From the NCBI GenBank assembly GCA_965649765.1, contig OZ287748.1, positions 101,370,001 through 101,434,000 of the forward strand: DNA of 64,000 bases, in the 5' to 3' direction. The notes under the pieces are model-generated. The model did no database searches, was not told where the DNA came from, and worked only from the letters and a program-made list of their open reading frames with translations. Positions 26,401 through 36,707 of this stretch are shown here, piece by piece; position 1 is the stretch's first letter; each line of letters starts with the position of its first letter. Position numbers and translations under genes: made by a program. This DNA is from Bispira polyomma (Eukaryota).

Positions 26401-29400
26401 TTGATGTATAATCTACAAATTAATTATGAAATAAAATTCAATATTAAAGGTTTAAATCATAGAATCTTCCTTATTCGACTTTTAGTCCAGTCCATAATAA
26501 CATATTTTATCGGTTTTAGCATGGAATTATATCTTGCTTTAATACATCATGACCCATCTTCCAACCAAATGCAAACACAACAGTGATGGAGACATTTCAA
26601 ACCGACACTGCATTGTCCATGTTCCAGGTCTTCGGTACTCAGCTATGCAAAACTTCTCTGCTTGTAATGATTCTCAGAAAAGTTTGCAAAGTTGAAGGAA
26701 GTCAAAGCTCTTAGGTTAGGGCAACCTCTTACATCAAGCTACCACATGAAGGGTATTTGTGATCTGATTCCGGATAAAATTGATGAAACCCACGGCTTCC
26801 ACCGGGAATGCTACAAAAGATTCACTGGAAATATGGACAGACTAGAGACACTTGAAGGAACTTCACAAACAGAAGGAATAGTTGAAAGAGCAAAACGCAG
26901 TTCTAAAGAGAGCACTATCTTTAATCCAGACTGCATATTTTGTGGATCTAAGGAACCAAAAAAAGTAAAGGCCAGAGGAAGCTGGGCATGAGTGTCTTTG
27001 AATATGATGGATGGAAGTCGGTTCTTAAAATGGCTGAGAAAAAACAAGATGAAAAGCTTTTGACACGAATCCGAGGTCATGATCTTTTTGCCAGTGAAGC
27101 CAAGTTCCACAAGAATTGCCGAATGAGCAATATGCAGTGTTCTGAAAAATGGAGAAGTACTGATTCTAAAGCCCAACAAGAACAGCAGGAACTTAAGAAA
27201 GCACACCAGAAAGCATTTGATTTTGTCTGTCATCTTATTGAAAGTGAAGTTTTGGGTAAAGAAAAAATCCTAAAACTATCCGATTTAAGACAAAGTTATA
27301 TTTTATGCTTGGCAAAGACTGACTTTTCGAATCCCGATTATCGCAGCCACAAACTCAAACAAAGGCTTGAGCGTCATGTACCATTTCAAGGAAAACTGAT
27401 CACAGGAAAACCTTATCATTACCACACCATCAACGATTAATGCAATCTATTGGCCAAGATATTTACAGAGCTGCAACCAATGGATCCTGGAAACTTCCAA
27501 AACATAACATGATATGCATGTCATTCTGGCATTTGTTCCTAAGTGAAAAGACTGTAACACTCCTTAACCGACTGGGACACTGTGAGAGTTATTCTTTCTC
27601 TCTTGAACTTGAGACAGGAATAGCCTCCTCACTGCTGGAATCATCATCACATCTCTCGAAAAAGATAATCCCTTTCCCATCTAACCCATCAGTATTTCAT
27701 TCAGAATTTGACAATTTTGACTGCCTAATTAATGATCTGACTGAGAAAGGACCTGTTCACACTGCACATGGCATTATGTTGCAAGAACTCCAAGAAACCC
27801 AACCAGAGAAGAATACTCCAAATAATGTTGTTCTCAAAAGGACTAAACATAGGTCACTCAAACAGATAAAAAATTCCTCACTACCTGACTGCTATATCAC
27901 TAAAAGGAAAGGTCCAAAATTTGATATCCAGGTACTGTAGTATCCAGACAGCAAAGTTGCAAAGGAATTCTCCTTCAAGCATCAGTTACTCTGGATCATG
28001 GTGAGATTTCTCAATGAAAGTAACCAATGTATACCCACATGGTCAGGTTTCATATCTGAAACTGGAACACCACCAACCAGGCTTACAACATTGGATTACT
28101 ACCCTGTCACTAACCACCGACCCAGTTACTCAAGGTGAACTTAGCAAAACGGCACAGTTGCGGATCTCTTACATGGGACATGTTCGTCTCCTGCTGCAAC
28201 TTCTTGAAGCTGTTAAAACAAATAACTTTCTTCTCTACGCTGGAGTGATCTCTGACATGACACCACTGTTCTTTAGCTTTGATGGACAGAATTATGCCCG
28301 CTATTTGAGTTTCTTCTCAGTTTTCCTTGTCAACATTGACACTTCACACCCTGGAGCCATGGATCTAATCAAAAGTGGTGCAATCAGTGTTGCCAGATCA
28401 TTTGTGCCTGGAAGCCGCTGTGATGTTGACAAAACAATGGAAGAGACATTCATGAAACCTGCCAAGTCCCATGGCGGAGCTGGTACCTGTGGAACTGGAG
28501 CATCCGGTCTCCTCACCAACTATGAAGCTTACTAAAGATGGGTAATGACAACTCATGCACGTTCTCTTCTCCTGGAGTCTACTTTAAGTCTCGCAGGCAT
28601 GACAGTGTTGACAGAAAATCAAATGCATCGCTCCACCAGGCCATCTGAAAAAAGAAAAAGTAAAAACATGTTCAAAATGCCAAAGACGCTGTGTGCAATT
28701 TTCTTAATCCATTTGATGTTGATGCAAAAGATGAGCTTCTCATCTTGTCTTTAGGAGCTGCAGCATCTGCAGAAGTTGAAAGAGATGTCTTGAATGCTGA
28801 AACACTTGGTGAAAAAGCTAGGGATGTTTTCATTCAGTCCAGAATGAAAGGTGAAGAAGACTTCTTTAATCCTGTCAAACGGCTGAATCTAAAAACATTG
28901 GAACCATGAATAAAGTGGTAAAGTTACCTTTAAGGATAAACCATAAAGAAACAAGTTGTGCAGTTAAAGCAGCAAGGAAGTGTTGCATTCCAATTGTTGA
29001 TAAAATCTCATAACCTGGGACTTTATCTGGACTTGAAATAGTTAATGACCTATCAATTGACACCTGTCCCATGCAGCATTGCTACAGCAGATGGTTACCT
29101 TGTGAAGCGTGACAAAGCTAAAGGACTTCACCACATCACTAAGGATTTTAGCAACACCACATTGCCACCAATTGCTGAAACACTAACTGTGTTGGATGGA
29201 AATGCCTGCTTCTGTTTTTTGAAAGATCTGCATTCAAACTTCAGCCAAATCTGTTCAAAAGTGTTCGACCTACTGGGGAAGACAGGTGATGTAGTTTTTA
29301 GCACAGATCAGTATTTTCAAAATTCAATTAAATCTATGGAGCAACATGGCCGTGGCTGTGGTGAGAAACTGTTCTTGAAAGGTGAAGCAACAAAGAGGCC

Positions 29401-32400
29401 TGCTGACTGGAAATTATTTCTTGCAAATGAAGACAAGAAAGTTCAGTTTCATCCATTCGCTGCTGAAGTCCTGGAGCAGTGTCAAGTATGTATATTGTAT
29501 ACTAACATTCTTAAAACTCTTGGTGATGAATGGGACATTTCTGATGAATTGATTGCAGGACTTGAAGATTTCACCTGCAAACTGTATGGTAAAGCTTCAG
29601 CAGTCACAAATCTCAATGACCTTCGGCTGGTACGGATCAACCAGCTTTGTATGAAACACAATCGCATTATTCCCTCAAATAACATTGACATGGGGAAATT
29701 TCCACCCTGTAAGAGAGCACTGTTACAGCACATAAGAAGAGTGAACCATCAAGTGGGTGACTGGAAGAGAGCACACATTCCAATGCCCAGCATTCCCATG
29801 GCATCTCTTGATCACGGATGGAAGGTAGAAAATGGTATCCTCCAGCCTATCTGGTATGAAGGTGAAATTCTCCCATTAGAACTTGTGAATACATGTATCA
29901 CTCAGGATTGTCAAAAAAGTGAAGGTATTACGGCAGATTTGGAAGACTCTGATCCCTTTATTGATTCCGACAGTGAATTTGAAACAACACCAGAAGACTA
30001 TTCAAGTGATAGTGATTCAGACTGAGTTCCGGATAAGTGGGAAACTTTGTATGTGTCACTTAAATAAATGAATTTTTTTTTGTTCATTTCCACTTTCAAA
30101 TTATGTTGTTTTATTGTAGAATTGAAAATAGTAGACTTGAAAGATCTACATGTAATAACACTACATGGTTCACATTTTAACTTGTTTCGGTACCTGTTCT
30201 CATATCACCTGTGAAATGGTCAACAGTTTTATTAAAATATGTCCTACAGAAATAATTTTTGAATTAACATCAGATGAAAAATTGTATTTTCAGAAAATAA
30301 AAGCATTTGTGCCTATTTTAGAAAAGGTTTTATGCTAATGTATATATGAAGTTTTAAATTTTCTAAGGGTAGCGTGTTTAATCAAATATATCTTTTCAAT
30401 AAAAACAGCTATACGAATATTTTAAGAAGCTGTTGATTCTACATGCAAATATATTTTATTTGATGTATAATATACCTCATTTGCTTAAAAATGATGATTT
30501 TTTGAGGCTTTTTGTTGTGAGCAAAATTACTGGATATCAATATCGAAGGTTTTTACTCAGCAGGTATTGGTCAATTGAAGTGTCTATTCATCATAGTGAA
30601 TCCCAGTATTTTTTTCTGTTACTAGTTGTTTTGTTGTATTTGTTTTTTTCTACACAGCCTAAGCTTTTCAATGATACCAATTTTATAAAGTTGTGAGGGG
30701 GGGGGGGGGGGGGTGCGCCTAGGGCCTACATGTTTAAGGAGCAGATTTGTCTATGGGGAAATAAGATAATGACAGGCAACAAATTTTAAATGAACAGTAG
30801 GACTATGATATTTGACATTAGAGGTACACAAAAAGAAAACATTTCTTGCAGAACATATGTCAAAACACTGTTATTCAGATATTAGTAAATGAGAACTGGG
30901 AGTTCTTTATCTGGTATTTTTAGTTTAACATCACTTTACACAAGTGCATATTATATTGCAATGGGCTTTTTATTGGTGTTGGGAAAGTAGTATTGATCAG
31001 GTAGTTGATCACAGTTTTCCACAATGCAAATAACACAGATTTCTGACATACATGCTGTTGCGAAAAATTAAGCCGAGACGGTCACCCAAAACTACCGAGG
31101 TCCCAGGGATTAGGGACAGAAAAAATGCAGTGTATCCACACTTATTCCATGTACAAGTTATGCATGGCAGAAATTTGGTGTAAATTATAACAGCATTGAC
31201 TTACCACAATAAGTACCACTAGCAGACCTGCAAACATGATAAATCCTTGTAAAAAGTCAGTCCACACTACAGCTTTGATACCTCCCTGTGTGTCAGAAAA
31301 AAGGTCACAGAGTACACATAATGTGTGTGTATTTCTATATATACTCATCGCATTCACTTTCTCTTTACTCGGTATTTAAAAGAAATTTAAGGAAATGTAA
31401 ATTAACAATTAATAAGTAGCAAACACTACCATATAACACACAGCAGACACCCACACACAATACAAACCCCTTGTTTATATTACTTTATTACTTACCAGTG
31501 TGGTGTATATTACAGCCACTACTCCAGTACACACAATAGAAGCCCACACAGGGAAACCTGTCACTGCCTCTAACGCTGTGGATGGGGCGAACATGGCTAG
31601 ACCCATGTAGAGGCACTAGGTGAAGGAAATATGACATGAACACACACACAGAGCCATTTTGCTGACTCATTACATATATTATATGATTGATTTTCAATGT
31701 GCCTAATTTATGTCAGGCATCTTCTAAAACGCAACATGATTGACAAAGTCGTTAAAATCATAAAGTCTATTTTCAAAGGAAATTCGTGATCGGGTGTAAT
31801 AGAGGTGGGGAAGAAAGATTGGTCTTAAGGTAACTTCTAAAGCCAGAGAGGGTTTCCTGAGATTGTATATAGGTTGGTAAATTAGTCCATAGTGTGTGTG
31901 CCGCAACAGAGAAGGCATAGGATCCAATACATTTACTAGTCCTCATATCAGAGTCTGAAATTCTGTTTCCCCTGGTAAGCCTGCTGAAAGATAAAAATTA
32001 GACAAGATATGGGGTGAGATAGGTTTACAGCTTTGTATGTTCTATCACTGGTCTTGAAAATGATGCAGTACTGGACATTTGAGAAATATACCCTAAATGT
32101 AGGAGATAAAACTAAATATTTGAATAATTCACAAAATAGTAACGGTTGAATGATCATTATATAATTGTTTAATCTGTGTGTTTAAGGAGCACAAAACTTT
32201 CATATTGCAATTTATTTCTATATAAGAAAAAATTATGTTAACAATTTCATCTAGATAAGTATATACTGTTGATATGTGACTAGTAATTAAGTTGTAAACT
32301 TACAGAATTTAGAATTCCCATGATTACTGCCGTCATAGTGAGAACAGGTGACTTGTACCTCCTGTCGTGGTACTAGAAAAATATAGTTCAGATAATCAAA

Positions 32401-33710
32401 TGTAATTAGTTTAGAAAAAAAAAAAGTAACATTCAATTATTCACCAAAAAAGACAGAAAAATAGGTCAAAACCTTTTGCAACTTACACTCTATCAAATGG
32501 CCCATGCCATATTTTATCAATATATATATTTTCTTAAGTATAGGAAATATCAGGTATAAGCCAAGGTCACACATAGAAGGGGATGCTGCGAGTATGACAG
32601 GGAATGTTGGAGAATCATGGAGAATTTTGATTCTTCATCATTCTCCATAAAAAAGCGGTGGACATTATTTTTTTTTTATGTTGACTTTCCGCCAATAGAG
32701 TATGATACCAGAGCCGACTCCACTACAGGTGACTGGGGTCTTGGGAAAGTAAGTACATAAATAATGTGCAGCATATGCCACTCCTGTTAATGTCATATTT
32801 TTATCACTTGTAACTGACACTGCTATTACTGTGGTTAATTCCATTGTTAACAACTGCCTTAACTACCGCAATTTCCTTCTATTTTGGAATGAAAAAGTCT
32901 CACATTAATAACTTATTCAGTCTATTCAAAACCATTGATGTTGTCGAGTCATCCATCTGGGCATCCTTACTGATGTCTATTCATACTTCCAAAAAATACG
33001 TTGGCTTACAATTGATTGTCAAATTCTGGATCAAGAACCTCCTCTACCACTGTTCCTGTGCTATGAAATAAACTCCCAGTTGAGTTTAGATCACTGGAAA
33101 CCCTTTCTGGGCTTAGGGGAAAACTTATTTCTTGAAACTCACTTAACCACATCCCCATCTCCTCACCCCCACCCCCTTAATGCCCCCATGTACACCCTTA
33201 GATTCCATGTGATCTTGGTTATGTCTTTCTGATTTCAATTGGTTAATTGATTGTGTTGTTGCGCTTTCAATAATGCATATTAAAAATGCAAAATACAATA
33301 CCAAAAAAAAGAATCTAATCAAAACATACCTCAAAAACACTGGTCAGTTTCAGATTGTACATCATAGGCACAAATAAATGGGCTGATATGATGTAAAAAA
33401 GGGTCTTCCCTAAACAATCCAGCCACATCTGAGTTCCATAAAAGTACATTTCTGCCGAATTCCCAAGGATGAGGATACCAGAAATGCCGGACATAAACAT
33501 TGACATGGCCACCGGAAACATGTGGAGCTTATTACTTCCTGTCAAGTACTCGGCAGTGGTTTTCTGTCCCTTTATGCCACTATACAGTCCCACCCCCAAT
33601 GAAATGACCAGTGTTAAGGCAAAGACCAGGTAATCTGCCCAATGAAAACCTGATGATTCATTGTAACCTTCTGACGCAGATAATATTTCAATCCCAGACA
33701 TTTGATGCAT
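11273..33710 (-). CDS. Sodium:solute symporter, SLC5A8/SLC5A12/SMVT-like (sodium-coupled monocarboxylate transporter-like), 15 coding exons, 650 aa
   Basis: Exons sum to 1953 nt with consistent phases and GT-AG introns. Motifs: DYLVFALTLVISLGVGLY, ILILGNSAEMYFYG, GGIKAVVWTDFLQ, PDPTIRMTFW, VQRYCS, PGLPGIFVAVLFSGALSSISS, C-terminal STHL. Orthology within the subfamily is unresolved. Confidence 0.92.
11720..12290 (-). mobile_element. Decayed L2/CR1-type LINE RT fragment
   Basis: VSHLSFALKLIEKA..YRKFHCTDTALLKISRYIEMALD, with stops and frameshifts. Confidence 0.65.
12988..15407 (-). CDS. PLE RT + GIY-YIG endonuclease (one 1-nt frameshift near 14846)
   Basis: INLS..L.KGLTFCPTP, (V)IKKADKGSAVVVMN restored by one indel, FYLLPKIHK, LDVSSLYTNIP, GTAMGT, RFIDDIF, NVIYIINC..CGLQYIGETKR..RMYEH. 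Confidence 0.9.
15570..16346 (-). CDS. PLE ORF1, basic helical protein (Neptune N-terminal-like domain)
   Basis: Intact 258-aa ORF inside the TSD-bounded element; GKFP..F..KW....NRC..EL pattern and K/R-rich NLS-like stretches. Confidence 0.7.
   Translation of the reverse strand: MSESDTALSTAINHLEVDSHTAFNTPATDTPIPVTKLSSETISLLEEVSKKLNEPNQKPKNKKRKTMESPSSERTSLSREKYPPEAKPLYLKGKNFYRKKLSIATNIHFIKDNLKIGKFPAQTAFRCTPPVSTDEVFKTKWVECVNRCRRELTHQLSEDLNRKYCETKSEIQTVLAQLETILDPTQFKEVKDTLNERYKTAASTKVLKQRKPERRPGPPTKKPRRQPAPYQKRGKNVQNNDRQIQSLLNGLSKLIKNK
16361..16469. repeat. 48-bp inverted repeat (fold-back) at the PLE 5' end
   Basis: 16361-16408 pairs with 16422-16469 with one mismatch; 13-nt loop. Confidence 0.95.
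16501..16646 (-). CDS. SLC5-like exon 14
   Basis: acag|GRQDPKDLDPMTVINLAERFGWCCSEDQQEKYWCGVPYDDLDKEDTKEQ|gtcagt. Confidence 0.85.
18063..18163 (-). CDS. SLC5-like exon 13
   Basis: tcag|TDVFWLYRVSFIYIGLIGWATTIFTAVIVSFIT|gtacta. Confidence 0.88.
18276..19070. repeat. 45-bp minisatellite in intron 12, interrupted by a SINE
   Basis: agacctgctcatatacttagatgacttggtctgtgtgtataataa, about 10 degenerate copies. Confidence 0.85.
18459..18705 (-). mobile_element. SINE family 1
   Basis: Near-identical reverse complement of 9836-10085. Confidence 0.9.
19076..19230 (-). CDS. SLC5-like exon 12
   Basis: acag|GAMTGVLAGLAIMSWMNIGQFIYFP..NCTFTGNDTALEIEDD|gtaagt. Confidence 0.88.
19622..19876 (-). mobile_element. 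SINE family 1, full length
   Basis: 13-bp TSD tccaaatttgaag at 19609-19621 and 19877-19889. Confidence 0.92.
20300..20386 (-). CDS. SLC5-like exon 11
   Basis: acag|IGQSLLGGISGPLSGLVMVGALFPCVQWK|gtatca. Confidence 0.88.
20400..20630. repeat. 63-bp tandem repeat next to the exon 11 acceptor
   Basis: atggttctatatgt..agaggcaatat..agataaag recurs at ~20412, 20474 and 20537. Confidence 0.75.
21282..21352 (-). CDS. SLC5-like exon 10
   Basis: gtag|AFVYGALGVAIGFMMQNFKGHVMQ|gtaaat. Confidence 0.88.
21598..21710 (-). CDS. SLC5-like exon 9
   Basis: acag|SISSSMNSLAAITWKSFIESRVKGLDEKKKTLITKVL|gtgggt. Confidence 0.9.
22666..22751 (-). CDS. SLC5-like exon 8
   Basis: ccag|IVPYFLVDVVNYPGLPGIFVAVLFSGAL|gtaacc. 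Confidence 0.9.
23370..23505 (-). CDS. SLC5-like exon 7
   Basis: tcag|AFYLQGPLLILVFLLICLCGLTAFAYYELLACDPYRSRQITSTNQ|gtaaca. Confidence 0.9.
23725..24240 (-). mobile_element. L2-like LINE 3' remnant with gatgcctggcatc stem-loop tail
   Basis: RSFSYDAPR...LRT...LTSFK (L2 ORF2 C-terminus) upstream of the tail gctttagaagatgcctggcatcaattag. The same tail occurs near 9590, 12360, 31710, 58730 and 59965. Confidence 0.65.
24390..24738. repeat. ~41-bp degenerate tandem repeat abutting the exon 6 donor
   Basis: atgcactca...cttgacattacacca recurs about 8 times. Confidence 0.7.
24739..24879 (-). CDS. SLC5-like exon 6
   Basis: atag|MNPDPTIRMTFWGVVFGSGLTAITQSGYEQSHVQRYCSLPTIKDAK|gtgagt. Confidence 0.9.
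25192..25265 (-). CDS. SLC5-like exon 5
   Basis: acag|GCIEVGGLSTVWEVSDEAGRIDFF|gtaggt. Confidence 0.88.
25302..30728 (+). mobile_element. Academ-like DNA transposon (decayed) in SLC5 intron 4
   Basis: TAGGCCC...GGGCCTA termini; ~450-bp imperfect TIRs (25302-~25750 and ~30280-30728); fragmented transposase. No clear TSD. Confidence 0.8.
26586..30025 (+). pseudogene. Academ-type transposase, multiple stops, frameshifts and deletions
   Basis: CIFC, DLFASEAKFHKNC, LNRLGHCESY, DNFD..HTAHGI, NYARY, DKTMEETFMK, YQLTPVPCSIATADG, DGNA, PPC..AL.QHI.RVN.QV..WK, HGW. Confidence 0.78.
31205..31285 (-). CDS. SLC5-like exon 4
   Basis: acag|GGIKAVVWTDFLQGFIMFAGLLVVLIV|gtaagt. Confidence 0.92.
31496..31615 (-). 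CDS. SLC5-like exon 3
   Basis: ctag|CLYMGLAMFAPSTALEAVTGFPVWASIVCTGVVAVIYTTL|gtaagt. Confidence 0.9.
32304..32372 (-). CDS. SLC5-like exon 2
   Basis: ctag|YHDRRYKSPVLTMTAVIMGILNS|gtaagt. Confidence 0.85.
33330..33710 (-). CDS. SLC5-like exon 1
   Basis: MHQMSG...LKLTSVFE|gtatgt. Confidence 0.9.
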
Positions 33711-34664
33711 TTTTAATATTGTTTTAATCTAGTTCATTCGTTTCACAGTATATTGCCAAACTTATCACAAAACATATCACAAAAAAAATTATTTATCTAA
33801 GAAAAATTAAAGATTTTTTTTTGTGCCAAATTTAATGTTACAGGGCATTTGTTAAAAAAACATTGAATCCTGTTATGACCTAGACATTATTGCAACCACC
33901 ATACTATAAAATAATTAATTCGCTTCATTCTCAATTAGTCCTTCTGGTAATTGCTACCTGATTTGTTTTTAAATGTTAATAAAAGCTGCATTATTGTTAC
34001 ATTTACAGCACATTTGGCTCGTCCTGTTTAACTGTATCTCGTTGTGAGGAATTACTTCTAATTATGTACACAACATTATTAGCAAAAAACACCATTCTAT
34101 CTCACAGAAAATCACAGATATTACTAAGTGCAAACATTTTGTAACAATATTTTGATTACCTAACATTTGCGACATATTGAATAACACAGACCTTATCAAT
34201 GCTATCTTATATCTGGCACGTTGGTTGTTATGAACTGCAAAGTAAAAATATGTTTTATGTGATCAATTGAACCTTCATTGTCTGATTAGGAAATTGTAAT
34301 TTTAAAGTCACGTCAGAGTCTGTGTATGGTAGCCTCAAACTGACAAATCCTGTGTTGTTTGGTGTATTAATTAAAATCTTAACCAAAAATAAGTTCAATC
34401 CCAGTGGAAATGTTTTACAAATTTTAATTAACTTCGATTTTGATATTGGCAAATGGTAGCAATTAACTTGGCAGTGTGGGTTTTGGTTTTTGGGTTTAGT
34501 TCCGTTTGTTATGGACAATATTACTTTGGCAAATCAATAAGCTGAATTACCTCAACACTCTAGCCTCCTAACAGAAACCTTATTAGTCCATATTGATATT
34601 TGATGTGTTTCATGTATACTTCGATATTATTATAAGAGCGGCTACTCTAATTCATACCACCATA

Positions 34665-34902
34665 TGACACAAGAGAGTTCTTATTATTTTATTTCAACTT
34701 CTATTATATATTGCAGTACTGTTCACAATGACTACTTCTTTAGAACTGAGGAGCTTTCCCCTACATACTTTGTAACTGGTCTCAGGACCCTTTGACCCTG
34801 TACACTGTTATTATCTATTAACCTTCCAAGGTGTTGTCAGCTTTCCCTAAACAATCTGGTTACCTACTAGCCTTTAATTAGGCTCCTCCAAACCCTCTAA
34901 CA
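34665..34902 (-). repeat. Probable 3' LTR of the decayed Gypsy element
   Basis: On the minus strand a purine tract (aaagatgaga) precedes TGTTAG...aataaa...TGTCA. No partner LTR seen. Confidence 0.45.
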
Positions 34903-35009
34903 TCTCATCTTTTATAAAGAATAAGACTGAAGTGAAAGATAAAATTGTAAAAGAAAATGAATGTAAAATGTAAAAGAAAATTAAGTAAAATTGTTACAAT
35001 GAATGTACA

Positions 35010-35379
35010 ATTGCCAAGTTTAGCAATTTTGACAGCAGACTCAGCCTTTCCATTGCCTTGGCTGTGGTTAGGTGAGGATGTGTTGTGTTGAATGTCCCAT
35101 GAGTTTGTGAAATTTGCAAACATTATCTGTGATAATTGCTGCTGGTATACCAAACCTTGCAAAATGTGGCTTCAGTGCCCTAATGATCGCCTTAGAAGTT
35201 GCTGAATGTAGTCTGTCTATCTCAAAATAGTCACTGTAGTAGTCCACGGTTACTATATACTCAAGTCCATTAAAGCTAAACTGATCTATTGCTAGTTTAC
35301 TCCATGGCCGACTGGGAATACAAGGAATCTGGAGTGGTTCGTTCTGTTGTGCTCTTACAGTTTCTGCACACATTTAACA
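35010..35379 (-). mobile_element. Gypsy integrase fragment (distal half of the element split by Ngaro copy 2)
   Basis: RPWSKLAIDQF..VDYYSDYFE..FARFGIP..TDN..SSPNHSQGNGKAESAVKIAK. Confidence 0.85.
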
Positions 35380-35382
35380 CTG

Positions 35383-35535
35383 TGTAAGCGAACGCCCTCA
35401 GCGTTCGTGGCCTCAGTTCTGGGGTACCAGCCTGTTCTACTATTATGGGATGGTGTACGACTATATAAGGCTCTCCTTTTTCAAATTCTCCCGCCTTTAT
35501 CGTTTCGTCAGCAGAGCAACAACTAGTTTAAAATT
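35383..35535 (+). repeat. Ngaro repeat A1 (TATA-like ctatataag at 35461)
   Basis: Identical by eye to 40582-40734. Confidence 0.95.
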
Positions 35536-35610
35536 TGTTTGGGTGACATTTTGTTTATGGTGTTTACGGTTTTATAATTTATAATATTTTAGTTGAAACA
35601 CCATCTAGTC

Positions 35611-36681
35611 ATGCCTGTCTTTGATTGTAGCCAATGTTTAACCAAACATGAGCGTCCTGTCGGGCGAAATTGCGTTAATGAGAAAATTGTTGACTCTGTC
35701 TCTGGGGAGGAGATCGATGCTGCCTCAGACACTGAACCTGCAAACGGTGAGTCCGGCGATGCAGTTACCAATGCTATACTACTTCAACTGCACTCGATGA
35801 ACGAATTAATGGTGAAAATGGACCAGCGGGTTCAGAGGAATGAGGCAGCATTGGCGACGAACCTTACCAGTAGTCAGGCAAGTCATCAGGTCCCCGTTCA
35901 GGCAAGTAGTAGTTTGATTAGTTCTAGTGTTGTCAGGCCTGCTAGTTGCTCTGCTGACGTAGGTAAGAGCCCATCTATCGCTACGTCCGACAGTATAATT
36001 CCTGGCATAGATTTTTTAAACCAGAATGCCCTAATACAGCTCCAAGTGGAGCAGAGATTGAAAGATCTCAAAACGTTGAATGAGACCACCGCGCAAGGTA
36101 AACTGAAGTCCCAGCGTAGTGGGGCGAATGAGGTATTGGTAAAGAAGGTCACCGCCTGGCCTCAAAATTATGTGCTGACGGGTAGTTCTAAGTCTCGGCC
36201 AAGCTACGATGAGTTAACCGTGTTGCAATGGGTGTGTGGTTTCGCTCGGATCGCCCAAGAGGAGAAGTCGATCAAAGTGAAGAATGCCATGCTGGATTAC
36301 ATGGGGGGTCTTATGGAGGATGCCCAGGATTTTTCTTGGGAGTCAGCTAAGGCCTGCCATGCAGTCGTATTGACAAGTATGGAGATGGATAAGTTAGGTT
36401 GGCTAGAGGTAGATAAGATGGATTGAATCCGAAGAGCCCATGCTCAGCGCCATGTGTCGAACAGTAGAAATTCCTCTGGGGGGAATGGACGGCTAGGTAA
36501 CTCTAGTAGCAGTAAATCTGGCAGTCGTAAAGGTGCAATGTTTTGTCGCTTTTATCAGGAAGGAAATTGTAGATTTCCCAGCTCTCACAATACTGGAGGT
36601 CAGTTATATAAACATCGTTGTGAGACATGTGAGGGTAGCCACAAGACTAGTGAATGTCATAAGAAAGGGGCAAAAAACTAA
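35611..36681 (+). CDS. Ngaro gag-like ORF1 (premature TGA at 36424)
   Basis: MPVFDCSQCLTKHERPVGRNC N-terminal finger and C-terminal Cys/His finger. The stop replaces the Arg present in copy 1 (CGA>TGA). Confidence 0.88.
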
Positions 36682-36707
36682 GAGGCCACTGCGTTGATGC
36701 AGTGGCT
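36672..36707 (+). promoter_or_regulatory. Putative -1 programmed ribosomal frameshift signal
   Basis: gcA AAA AAC TAA, short spacer, gccactgc-gttgat-gcagtggc hairpin. The -1 frame is continuous with ORF 36702-38366. Confidence 0.72.

Noticed and set aside
25338-30696. Similar short ORFs (MILHAN...) on opposite strands
   Set aside because: By-products of the transposon TIRs.
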